Positions 10,613-20,395 of a stretch of DNA of 64,000 bases are shown here, in pieces. Origin of the DNA: Methanothermococcus sp. Ax23 (GTDB lineage Archaea > AGJL01 > Methanococci > Methanococcales > Methanococcaceae); the NCBI RefSeq assembly GCF_049075655.1, contig NZ_CP157522.1:1024001-1088000 (forward strand). Reading direction: 5' to 3'. The translations under genes were made by a program, and so were the position numbers. Positions within the stretch are counted from its first letter, which is position 1, and the number at the start of each line of letters is the position of its first letter. The notes beneath the pieces are model-generated. The model was not told where the DNA came from. It saw nothing but the letters and a program-made list of their open reading frames with translations, and made no database searches.

Positions 10613-10912
10613 TTAAAAATAATTGTTAATATTTAAAGTATCTAAATTCAAATGTAGTTTAGATGCTATCTTTTTAAATGTAATGGCTAATTTGGTTTTT
10701 AGTAATGGTTTTATATCAAAATTAATCTCAATAGGTTTAAACTCATAATCAAATTTGTAGGAGTTATAAACCATAATTTTATCCCCTACTTTTACATCTT
10801 CTGTTAAAGGTAATGGCATCTCTAAAATATTTCCACCGAGCTCTATGAGTGGAATCTTACAGTCGCATTTATAAACAAATCCTTTAATAGTTCCAACCTC
10901 GCCATAGCACAT
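10613..10912 (-). CDS. Small protein at the nifX position of the nif operon; HypC/HupF-like N-terminal region
   Basis: RBS GGTGA then ATG-TGC (MC...); LIELGG...EDVKVGDKIMV resembles HypC VDFGG...DVKVGDYVLV. Confidence 0.6.
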   Translation of the reverse strand: MCYGEVGTIKGFVYKCDCKIPLIELGGNILEMPLPLTEDVKVGDKIMVYNSYKFDYEFKPIEINFDIKPLLKTKLAITFKKIASKLHLNLDTLNINNYF

Positions 10913-10947
10913 AATATCACCCAACAGTATATTTAAGTTATTTATTA

Positions 10948-12264
10948 TTATTTGCCATCTATTGACACCAATAGGTTTGCAATATCATTTATTATAGTTA
11001 AAGCACCGTTGTATCCAATCATTGCCTTTTTAGTGTGCCCATATCTGTCAATTACAGGGAATCCCACTCTTAATAATGGAATATCCAAGGCATCAGCCAC
11101 ATACTTGCCCCTATAATCCCCTATCAATAAATCAACAGGATGGGATTTTAAAAAATTCTGGAAGTTGTATAAATCCCCCTCAATTACTGCTATGTTTCTA
11201 TTGTTATGTTTTGTAATGTTATTTATTTTTTTCGTAAAGTATTTAGTTTTAGTGTTTGAAAGCACAGCCACAACATTCATTCCCATTTCATGGGCAAAAT
11301 CCACAAGACCTATGACTTTATCGGGGTCCCCAAATATGGCAACCTTTTTGTTTTTAATAATATGATTTGTATCTACCATGGCATCTAATGCATATCCCCT
11401 ATCATCCCACAATTCATCAGGTATTTCCTTGTTTGATATTTTTGATAGGGTTTTTATAAAGTTATCAGTATTTTCTATACCTATTGGGAATTTTAAATTA
11501 TATGATTCCACATCAAACTTCTTCAAATATTCAGCTCCACCTACACCTTCCATTCCAAATGATATTGTAGCTTTTGAATTTATGGAGCTTTTAATATTTT
11601 CCACTGTTGTATCGCATCTTGGGTATTCCTCCTTTGGTAGTCGCAAAGGCCTATCCATTGCCTTTATATCCATCAATAAGTTATATTCAATATTTAATGT
11701 TTTAAATATATGTTCGAGCTCCCGCACATCTCCCGGATTTACAACTCCGTGAATTATATTTATTACTTCCTTTTTGGTAGTTTTGTTTCTTCTACTACTG
11801 TTCTTTTCTAAAATGCCTTCTATAATGCCTTTTACTGCATTGTTGTATCCATCGATATGAGTTCCAATATACGAAGGAGTATTTACTGCGACAATGTTTT
11901 TATTGGTGTAATTTTTTTTAATCACAGTTTTTATATCTTCCCCAATGGTTTCACTAAGTCCCGTAGTTAATACCACCATTAATTCTGGATTTTTGGCTAT
12001 TTCAATGTTTTCAATCGCCTTAATTAAATTATCAATTCCTCCATGTATTGCATCGGATTCATAGAATCCTGTCGTGGCTATTTCAAGGGGCTCTTTAAAA
12101 TGCTCCACAAGGATGTGTTTTACATAATTTGCACATCCCAATGAACCATGCACAAGTGGAATGGTTTTATATATTCCAAGGGATGCAAATACTCCACCCA
12201 TGAGCTGATTCATATATGGGGGATTTATTGTAATAGATTCTTTTAAATCTGCATTTGATTGCAT
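10948..12264 (-). CDS. nifN: Nitrogenase FeMo-co scaffold subunit NifN
   Basis: INP..MNQ..G, PLVHGSLGC, HFKEP, LSETIGED, GFPVIDRYG; follows nifE. Confidence 0.92.
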   Translation of the reverse strand: MQSNADLKESITINPPYMNQLMGGVFASLGIYKTIPLVHGSLGCANYVKHILVEHFKEPLEIATTGFYESDAIHGGIDNLIKAIENIEIAKNPELMVVLTTGLSETIGEDIKTVIKKNYTNKNIVAVNTPSYIGTHIDGYNNAVKGIIEGILEKNSSRRNKTTKKEVINIIHGVVNPGDVRELEHIFKTLNIEYNLLMDIKAMDRPLRLPKEEYPRCDTTVENIKSSINSKATISFGMEGVGGAEYLKKFDVESYNLKFPIGIENTDNFIKTLSKISNKEIPDELWDDRGYALDAMVDTNHIIKNKKVAIFGDPDKVIGLVDFAHEMGMNVVAVLSNTKTKYFTKKINNITKHNNRNIAVIEGDLYNFQNFLKSHPVDLLIGDYRGKYVADALDIPLLRVGFPVIDRYGHTKKAMIGYNGALTIINDIANLLVSIDGK

Positions 12265-12329
12265 AGCTGATTTGCTAATTATATTGTTAGCTGCATCGGT
12301 TGTTTTTATGATAGTTCCACCTCATTTAT

Positions 12330-12633
12330 CTAATGTCGGCGGGAAGTTTGATAAATTCCTTCGGAATTTATAAATGTCTTCGCTATCGCTCAGACATCCC
12401 CTTCCGTAAGGAGGGGATGAGGCCGACGAAAAATATAAATATTATGACATAATAAAATAAACGCATAAATGGGCGAAAACCAAGTCCATTCTATGCTATT
12501 TTCATGCACCTGCGGAAGGCGGGGGTGAGCCTGTGGAGAAGTGAGCCCCTACCTAGGTAGTTAATAACTACCGATGATGGCAAGCTCGTTCAGTGAAGCA
12601 GGAAGCCCCTTCCGTAAGGAAGGGTTACTTCAC
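12330..12633 (+). mobile_element. Non-autonomous IS200/IS605 derivative (family A, copy 1): left end, promoter-like region, omegaRNA-like scaffold and right end; no ORF
   Basis: Begins after TTTAT with CTAATGTCGGCGGGAAG; subterminal hairpins CCCCTTCCGTAAGGA(A)GGG; ends TTCAC; near-identical to 47337-47639. Confidence 0.88.
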
Positions 12634-13979
12634 CTTATTAGTCCCCATATTTTCGAATTTATAGCACCATAAACATCTTCTGCAAAGTTAATAAATCCAT
12701 CAAATCCAACATAAACAGTATCAGGAGCTCTACCATTTATGTATGGAATACCCATTTTATGAACCAATTCCTTAGTTTTACTATCGGATATAAACACATC
12801 TGGCTTACATTCCATCAGTGCCTTTTCCAATTCATAGGTATTTGGATTATCTATTATTATAGCACCTTTTGGAAGTTTTTTTACAATTTCTTCATAGTTT
12901 TCCTTATTTGCAAAGTATGTGGCAACACCCACCACTTCCATTCCGAGCTCATCCATTATTGGACCCATATAGTTGAGAGCTCTCTGAGCTCCGTGGCATA
13001 TAAATACCTTTTTGCCCTTTAATTCCTTTTTGTAAAAATTCAATTTTTCCTCGTTCTTTTTTAGATAGAAGTCAATTGTTTCGTTTATTTTTTCTTTATC
13101 AACATTTAGTATTTTTCCAATAGTTTCCAAAGCTTCACAGCAGTTCTTTATGCCGAAGAAGTTTGAAACAATGTATGGAACTTCATATACATTTCTCATC
13201 ATTTTGGCAAATTGTATGGAGCTCTTCATGCAATGGACAATATTTAATTTTGCATTATCCATAATTCTTATTTTATCGATTGTGGCATTTCCTGTAAATG
13301 AACATAAAACTCTTATTCCCATTTTGTTCAGCATATCTTCTATTACATTGGAACTTTTTACGCTGAAATCTCCTATTATATTCACATCATAGGGAGTAGG
13401 ATTTTTTAATTCCTTCGTAGCTATCAATTCGAAGAGCTTTTTATTTGCTATCATATGTCCCTTATTTTGAGTTTTTCCTTTAAATCCTGCACATTCAAAG
13501 GCGAGAACTGGTATATTTAATTTTGATTTTTTCAGCTCTTCATTGGCCTTTTTTACCACGGCATTTATATCATCTCCAATCAATGCAGGAAGGCAGGTTT
13601 CATAAACAAATATGGCATCTGGTTTAAATTCAGTGGCAACTTTAATTATGGCATCGTATAATTTTTTTTCACCGCCAAATATTACATTTTCTTCCTTCAT
13701 ATCTGTTGTAAAGCAATATGAATATGTGGAAGGTCTGTAATCCCATGAGTAATATGCACAACCGACATGGGAGTGAATAATATGGACCACATTTTTAATA
13801 TGGCTGTTAATGATAATCCTTGAACCGTGGAATGTGCATGACCTCTCTGAAAAGTCCCCCGGCTGCGTAGGTTCTTCACATGCAGGCACTATATTGTCAT
13901 TGCACTTAACGATACAATGGCCTATCCTGTCCTTTCTTCCTCCAATTTGATTCAATATTTCTGTGTCCATATTATTCAC
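12630..13979 (-). CDS. nifE: Nitrogenase FeMo-co scaffold subunit NifE
   Basis: ERSCTFHG, HSHVGCAYY, FTTDMKE..VIFGGEKKL, TCLPALIGDD, VHCMKS; stop codon supplied by the adjacent element. Confidence 0.93.
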   Translation of the reverse strand: MNNMDTEILNQIGGRKDRIGHCIVKCNDNIVPACEEPTQPGDFSERSCTFHGSRIIINSHIKNVVHIIHSHVGCAYYSWDYRPSTYSYCFTTDMKEENVIFGGEKKLYDAIIKVATEFKPDAIFVYETCLPALIGDDINAVVKKANEELKKSKLNIPVLAFECAGFKGKTQNKGHMIANKKLFELIATKELKNPTPYDVNIIGDFSVKSSNVIEDMLNKMGIRVLCSFTGNATIDKIRIMDNAKLNIVHCMKSSIQFAKMMRNVYEVPYIVSNFFGIKNCCEALETIGKILNVDKEKINETIDFYLKKNEEKLNFYKKELKGKKVFICHGAQRALNYMGPIMDELGMEVVGVATYFANKENYEEIVKKLPKGAIIIDNPNTYELEKALMECKPDVFISDSKTKELVHKMGIPYINGRAPDTVYVGFDGFINFAEDVYGAINSKIWGLIR

Positions 13980-14069
13980 CAGTGTAATTTAATTACCTTT
14001 TAAATTTTATTGGTCCTATACTACTTCAAAAATACAAAAAATACAAAAATAAATAAAAAAATTAAATAA

Positions 14070-14252
14070 TTAGTTAATTTTCACAGCCTCAGCAGGGCAG
14101 AAATCTTCACACATCTTGCAGAATGTGCATTCTTCTTCATTCACTATAACTATTTTTCCATCTTCAATTCCAAATACATCAGTAGGACATGCGTCCTTGC
14201 ATCCGGCACAATCTGGTCCTTCGCATAAATCATAATCAATTATAATCCCCAT
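14070..14252 (-). CDS. 2x[4Fe-4S] ferredoxin within the nif operon
   Basis: CEGPDCAGCKDACP and CTFCKMCEDFCP; RBS GGTGA before ATG 14252. Confidence 0.92.
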   Translation of the reverse strand: MGIIIDYDLCEGPDCAGCKDACPTDVFGIEDGKIVIVNEEECTFCKMCEDFCPAEAVKIN

Positions 14253-14266
14253 GCTTTCACCAAACA

Positions 14267-14590
14267 TTAAATCCAATCTATACCTTTTGAAGTGCATATT
14301 TCTTTTAATTCAGAAGAAACTTCCTTTAATGATTCAAAGCTTTTCTCTGCATCTTCTAGTGTAGGGAAGTCATGAGGTCTTCCAAAGTTTCCGCCAAATT
14401 CATTATCTTCATACTGTGCGACAATCACAGGGACTCCCTTAATCTTTGTTACCTGAACGAATAAATCACCATCTACTGGTTCTTTATCCTTCCCAATATT
14501 GAATGTAATGTATGTGAAGTCACTTTCGTCTTCTACTTTCTTTCCAATCTTATCATAATACCCAATTCTAACAATTTTTAATTCTGACAC
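14267..14590 (-). CDS. Hypothetical protein between nifK and ferredoxin
   Basis: Co-oriented ORF of 107 aa from GTG after RBS AGGTGA. Confidence 0.75.
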   Translation of the reverse strand: MSELKIVRIGYYDKIGKKVEDESDFTYITFNIGKDKEPVDGDLFVQVTKIKGVPVIVAQYEDNEFGGNFGRPHDFPTLEDAEKSFESLKEVSSELKEICTSKGIDWI

Positions 14591-14652
14591 ACTCTCACCT
14601 TTTACCCGTCCCAACTCCATCTATCAAAAATAAATAATAGGTGATATATTGA

Positions 14653-16065
14653 TTATTGCTGGAGTCTAGTATCAGGCATATTGTTTTCCAATATTGTATT
14701 TACTATATTATCAAAGAATCTTAAACTTCCCATATATCCCATTATTGGCCATCTCGAATATCCTATTCTGTCATATATTGGGAATCCTGTTCTTACAAGA
14801 CCTACTCCTAAATCCTTTGCTATTGGAACTCCTTTTGGATGTCCTATGAGTAAATCTACGCCTATTCTCTTTACGGCTTTTTCGAAATCCCAAAGGTCTG
14901 AGAATTGCACCTCTATGTTTATACCATACTCTTTTGCAATTTTCTCCATTTCCTTCTTGTAAATTCTTGAAGGGGTTTGTGTGTTGACTACCACAGGTTT
15001 CATACCGATTTCACAGCAGAATCTTGCAATGGCAACCACTTGGTCAGGGTCTCCAAATATACCGACCTTCTTATCCATGGTATAATGAACTGTATCGGCA
15101 ATGGCGTCTATTAATTTACCTCTTTCATCTAGGAGCTCATCAGGTATTTCCTTGCCCGTAAGTTTTGCAATGTTTATAAGGAAATCATCAGTATTTTTAA
15201 TTCCTATTGGCACACCATAGAAATCAGGTATTTTAAATTTCTTTCTTAATAGTAGAGCTCCTGCTCCACCTGCGGACTGGCAGAATGCGAATGTTGCCTT
15301 ACCATTTCCAGCATCTACAAATTCTTCAATTTTAGTTCCAGCAGTTGGGTAGTAAGGTATTTCTTCAAGTGGGTATCTTAAAGGTTTGTAAAGATTCTCA
15401 CTAATGTCAAACAATATTGAGAAATCTTCGCCTTCATCTAATCCCATAACTTTAAGCATCCTTTTTATTTCCAGTATATCTCCAGGGTTGGTTCCAAATC
15501 CTGGAATTATATTTATTTTCTTAGGTTCTACTTCTGGGTCTTTTTTAGCCAAATACATCATAAATGCCTTTGAAGCATTGTCATATCCTGTGGCATGGCT
15601 TCCTTGATATGCTGGACAGTGGATTGGGATTATAGGCAATTCTGCCTTTTCCTCTCCAAGTTCTTTTGCAATATTTTTCTTTGCCGCCCTGATGAATGCT
15701 TCAATGTCATCTCCAATGGTTTCTGATGAACAGGTTGTAATTACAGATATTATTTTTGGGTCATATCTTGCTACAAGATTTGTCAGTCCATCAACGAGGT
15801 TTTTCATACCACCATAAACAGCAGCGTGCTCGTGGAATGATGCTGATGCAATTGGCACCGGTTCCCTAAAATGCCTTGCAAACTGATACCTTGCATAAGT
15901 TGTGCAACCTTGACCCCCTTGGACAAATGGGATTGCTTCACAAACTCCTACTGTTGCCCACATTGCCCCAATTGGCTGACATATTTTGTTTGGATTTATT
16001 GTTCCCTTTCTGGTTTTTTTGAGGTATGTTATTTCACCACAATTACAAGTTTCGGTATCGCTCAT
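14653..16065 (-). CDS. nifK: Nitrogenase MoFe protein beta chain
   Basis: INPNKICQPIGA, QGGQGC, TTCSSETIGDD, GFPIYDR; overlaps nifD stop. Confidence 0.96.
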   Translation of the reverse strand: MSDTETCNCGEITYLKKTRKGTINPNKICQPIGAMWATVGVCEAIPFVQGGQGCTTYARYQFARHFREPVPIASASFHEHAAVYGGMKNLVDGLTNLVARYDPKIISVITTCSSETIGDDIEAFIRAAKKNIAKELGEEKAELPIIPIHCPAYQGSHATGYDNASKAFMMYLAKKDPEVEPKKINIIPGFGTNPGDILEIKRMLKVMGLDEGEDFSILFDISENLYKPLRYPLEEIPYYPTAGTKIEEFVDAGNGKATFAFCQSAGGAGALLLRKKFKIPDFYGVPIGIKNTDDFLINIAKLTGKEIPDELLDERGKLIDAIADTVHYTMDKKVGIFGDPDQVVAIARFCCEIGMKPVVVNTQTPSRIYKKEMEKIAKEYGINIEVQFSDLWDFEKAVKRIGVDLLIGHPKGVPIAKDLGVGLVRTGFPIYDRIGYSRWPIMGYMGSLRFFDNIVNTILENNMPDTRLQQ

Positions 16066-17492
16066 TGTTTCACCTTGTACTCTTCAAATTTAGCCTCTTT
16101 TTCCTGGATTGTATTCCAAATTGGGTGGCAAACAGCTTTATAAATGTCCCTTGCAAAATTCACAAATCCTCTAAATCCTGCATAAGGCCCTTCTTCATAA
16201 CTGTGTGAGTTTATGGTAGGAATTCCGAATTTTCTAAACAAATATCTTTCTTTCAATCCTATGAGCATGAAATCAGGTTTATATAACTCTGCTGCTTCTT
16301 CTAATTCTGGTTCATTTGGAGAATCTATTACAAGGACATCTTTTATGCCTGCCCTTTTAAGGTTTATATTTAATTTTTCATAGTCGTCATCATGTGAGAA
16401 TGTGCAACATGCCACTGCATAATCTATTCCCAGCTCTTTCATAGCCATAATCCAGTGCCAGGTTCTTGGACCCCCCACATAAACCATACATTTTTTACCT
16501 TCAAGTTTTGATTTATAGAAATCTAATTCTTCTTTTATTGCGGCTAATTCTTCTTCAACCACCTTATCTACTTTTTCCTTAGGTATTCCTAATCTCTCAG
16601 CTACATCGTATAGTGCTTCGGAAGTTTTTGTAATTCCAAAGAATGAAACTCTTGTAAATGGTATGTTGAATCCATCTTTAACCATGTGAGCGATATATTC
16701 AGCAGACCTCTGGCAATGAACGACATTCAATTTTACATCAGGTAATTTAAATAAATCTTCCATTGAAGCATTTCCTGTAAATGTTACGACATTCCTTACT
16801 CCAATTCTTTCGAATAAATCGTTAATTACTGCAACATCCCAATCCATGTTGTAGTCCCCAATTAATGCAACGTCATATGGGGTTTTTTCATCTTCTTTTA
16901 AACATTTTTCAGGGTATTCTTCTCTCTTCCTTTTCAACCATCTGTAAAACATGGTATTAAATACATGGTGCCCTTTTGACTGGGATACTCCTGCAAATCC
17001 TGGACAGTTTATTGGGAATATTGGCTTCTTCATATGTTCTTCAACTTTCCTAGCTACCGCATCTATGTTATCTCCAATAAGTGCCGTAGGACAGTTCGTA
17101 TATATTATCATACCATTGGCTTGTGGAAATTCTTCAATGGCTTCCAAACATGCTTTTTCTAATGTTTTTTCTCCACCATAAACAATATCTGACTCCTGTA
17201 AATCTGTTGTCCAACAGTATCTCCTATGGAGCTCATTATCAGATAAGTTTCTTCTTGTTCCCCACGTGTAGAATGCACAACCAACCGGTCCATGCACCAT
17301 GTGGATTACATCTTTAACAGGACCTCCTACCACACCACGAGCTCCTGCAAATGCACAACCTCTTTCAGTCATGTCTCCAGGAACTGTGTTTATATTACAT
17401 GCTGGGATTATCTTTTCTTCTGGGTCAAATACATAGGTATGTTTCATTCTTTCAGGGATTGGGTTATCACAATCCAGTAATACATAAGGCAT
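16062..17492 (-). CDS. nifD: Nitrogenase MoFe protein alpha chain
   Basis: PGDMTERGCAFAG, HGPVGC, VHCQRS (FeMo-co Cys) and SHSYE (FeMo-co His). Confidence 0.97.
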   Translation of the reverse strand: MPYVLLDCDNPIPERMKHTYVFDPEEKIIPACNINTVPGDMTERGCAFAGARGVVGGPVKDVIHMVHGPVGCAFYTWGTRRNLSDNELHRRYCWTTDLQESDIVYGGEKTLEKACLEAIEEFPQANGMIIYTNCPTALIGDNIDAVARKVEEHMKKPIFPINCPGFAGVSQSKGHHVFNTMFYRWLKRKREEYPEKCLKEDEKTPYDVALIGDYNMDWDVAVINDLFERIGVRNVVTFTGNASMEDLFKLPDVKLNVVHCQRSAEYIAHMVKDGFNIPFTRVSFFGITKTSEALYDVAERLGIPKEKVDKVVEEELAAIKEELDFYKSKLEGKKCMVYVGGPRTWHWIMAMKELGIDYAVACCTFSHDDDYEKLNINLKRAGIKDVLVIDSPNEPELEEAAELYKPDFMLIGLKERYLFRKFGIPTINSHSYEEGPYAGFRGFVNFARDIYKAVCHPIWNTIQEKEAKFEEYKVKQ

Positions 17493-17658
17493 TATTTCAC
17501 CTATTCTATTGTAAAATTCCTATTGTAAAATTAATTCATAATTTTGAAATCGAAGTTAATTCCTTGAACTCCTAACTTACAAACCTCGAAGGTTTTGTCA
17601 TTTAAGAGATAAAGGAAATGAATGATAAATTGAAGGAATATGCAATTTAAATTGAATA

Positions 17659-18045
17659 TTAATTTCCAACTGCAATATCTCCCGTTTCTCCGGTTCTAAT
17701 TCTTACAGCTTCTTCTGTTGGAACAACAAATATTTTTCCATCTCCGTATTTTCCAGTTCTATTGACTTTCATGATTATCCCAACAACCAAGGGGACATCG
17801 GCATCTTCAACAACTACGGAAATTAGCCTTTTAGGAATGTATTTTAAACACAAACCCATCTCTTCTCCTTCTTTTATTACTCTGTCCATATCGACAACAT
17901 CTGGCATATTTATTGCAAAATATCCCTTCTGTTTCCCCCTACCGAAGCATTCAGCCATAGTCATGGCAGGAAATCCCACGCTGGAAAGAGCCTCGGTGGT
18001 TTTCCTTACAAAATTTGGTCTTACTATTGCTATTATTTCTTTCAC
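17659..18045 (-). CDS. nifI2: PII-family nitrogenase regulator NifI2
   Basis: GRGKQKG, long T-loop, GDGKIFV, RIRTGE. Confidence 0.95.
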   Translation of the reverse strand: MKEIIAIVRPNFVRKTTEALSSVGFPAMTMAECFGRGKQKGYFAINMPDVVDMDRVIKEGEEMGLCLKYIPKRLISVVVEDADVPLVVGIIMKVNRTGKYGDGKIFVVPTEEAVRIRTGETGDIAVGN

Positions 18046-18065
18046 AATTTCACCTAAATATATAA

Positions 18066-18386
18066 TTAAATTCCTTTTTCGCCGGTTCTAATGGTGTATG
18101 CTTCTTCCAATGGCTGGATGAATATTTTTCCATCCCCAAAGCTTCCCGTTAATGCAGAGGATTTGATGATTCCTACAACTTCATCCACCTCGTCATCACC
18201 TACGGCAAGTAACAAAAGGGTTTTAGGTAATTCATCATAGTATATTTCTCCAACCTGCAATCCTCCCTGTTTCCCCCTTCCTACTACGTTTAATTTTGTG
18301 AAAGCAGGATATCCGGCTTCTTCGAGAGCATCTACTACATCATCTACTTTTTCAGGCCTAACAATAGCTTTTAATAATTTCATCAT
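18066..18386 (-). CDS. nifI1: PII-family nitrogenase regulator NifI1
   Basis: AIVRPEK, GRGKQGG...YYDELPK, GDGKIF, TIRTG. Confidence 0.95.
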   Translation of the reverse strand: MMKLLKAIVRPEKVDDVVDALEEAGYPAFTKLNVVGRGKQGGLQVGEIYYDELPKTLLLLAVGDDEVDEVVGIIKSSALTGSFGDGKIFIQPLEEAYTIRTGEKGI

Positions 18387-18444
18387 TTCACCTTTTTAAA
18401 TAATATGAAAATTTAAATTATAGTTAAATTAAATTTAAAGTAAA

Positions 18445-19371
<927 letters not shown>

Positions 19372-19395
19372 TTAATTTATTATTTATTAAATTTA

Positions 19396-19409
19396 GGAAA
19401 TATAATTCC
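19396..19409. promoter_or_regulatory. NrpR operator (GGAA-N6-TTCC), promoter-distal
   Basis: GGAAATATAATTCC upstream of nifH; matches the established methanococcal nitrogen operator. Confidence 0.9.
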
Positions 19410-19428
19410 TATGTTATTGTATTCATAA

Positions 19429-19442
19429 GGAAGTATATTTCC
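19429..19442. promoter_or_regulatory. NrpR operator (GGAA-N6-TTCC), promoter-proximal
   Basis: GGAAGTATATTTCC, 33 bp from the other operator, just downstream of the TATA box. Confidence 0.9.
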
Positions 19443-19473
19443 TGTTTCACAATCATTCCTTATGGTTTTATAA

Positions 19474-19493
19474 TATATAAAGCTTTTTATTTC
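19474..19493 (-). promoter_or_regulatory. nif operon BRE/TATA box
   Basis: Minus strand GAAATAAAAAGC-TTTATATA, ~32 bp upstream of the first operator. Confidence 0.7.
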
Positions 19494-19584
19494 AAAAATT
19501 TAAATTAATAAATAAAATAGTTTTTAAATTAAAAGAGTATATAATATAAAATAAATAAAAATAGAAAATTTTTATGTGATAATT

Positions 19585-20370
19585 ATGGGAAAAAAAGACA
19601 AAAGATGGGTTTTACAGAGAAAAAAAGATTTTTATTATAAACTTGCAAAGAAAAACAAATACCGTTCCAGAGCATCCTACAAGCTTCTTCAATTAAATGA
19701 AAAATTCAATATCATAAAAGAGAATAATGTAGTGGTTGATTTAGGGTGTGCTCCAGGTGGATGGTTGCAAGCGGCAAGGGATATTGTAGGAGAAGATGGA
19801 TTTGTGGCAGGTGTGGATTTACAAGCTGTAAAGCCTTTGGAATATGAAAATGTAGTGGCAATTAAGGGAGATATGACAAAAAAGGAAACTATTGAAAAAC
19901 TGATGGAGCTCATCCCTTCAAAAGCTGATGCCGTAATTTGTGATGCATCCCCCAACATAAGTGGAGTTTGGGAGGTAGACCATACAAGGTCCATAGAACT
20001 AACTACAATAGCACTTATGACCGCTACAAAATTATTAAAAAAGGATGGAAATTTTGTTGTTAAGGTATTTCAAGGTAGTTTATTTAATGATTATGTGGCC
20101 CTCTTAAAAAATTACTTTAAAAAAGTTCAAACAACGAAGCCAAAGGCTTCAAGGGATGTAAGTGCAGAGGTTTATGTTGTTGGAAAGAAATTTTTAGGAA
20201 AACCTTTCGATAGAAATTTAAAATCTCCAATATTAAAATTAATTGATTTTAAAGCAATTGACGGAGAAGAAAAAGACGAAGAAAAAATTAAAATAATCGA
20301 AGGAGTTCAGGAAGACAAAGGTCTTATGATAAAAAGAATAAAGGAGCTCCGAAAGGAGCGAAACAAATAA
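19585..20370 (+). CDS. rlmE: 23S rRNA Um2552 2'-O-methyltransferase RlmE/FtsJ
   Basis: [42 protein letters not shown]. Confidence 0.95.
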   Translation: MGKKDKRWVLQRKKDFYYKLAKKNKYRSRASYKLLQLNEKFNIIKENNVVVDLGCAPGGWLQAARDIVGEDGFVAGVDLQAVKPLEYENVVAIKGDMTKKETIEKLMELIPSKADAVICDASPNISGVWEVDHTRSIELTTIALMTATKLLKKDGNFVVKVFQGSLFNDYVALLKNYFKKVQTTKPKASRDVSAEVYVVGKKFLGKPFDRNLKSPILKLIDFKAIDGEEKDEEKIKIIEGVQEDKGLMIKRIKELRKERNK

Positions 20371-20395
20371 ATATTAAAATTAATAAATTATTATA

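Noticed and set aside
17578-17600. Small hairpin between nifI2 and nifD as a micro-element copy
   Set aside because: Single imperfect hairpin lacking the conserved linker; it could equally be an mRNA stability or processing element.
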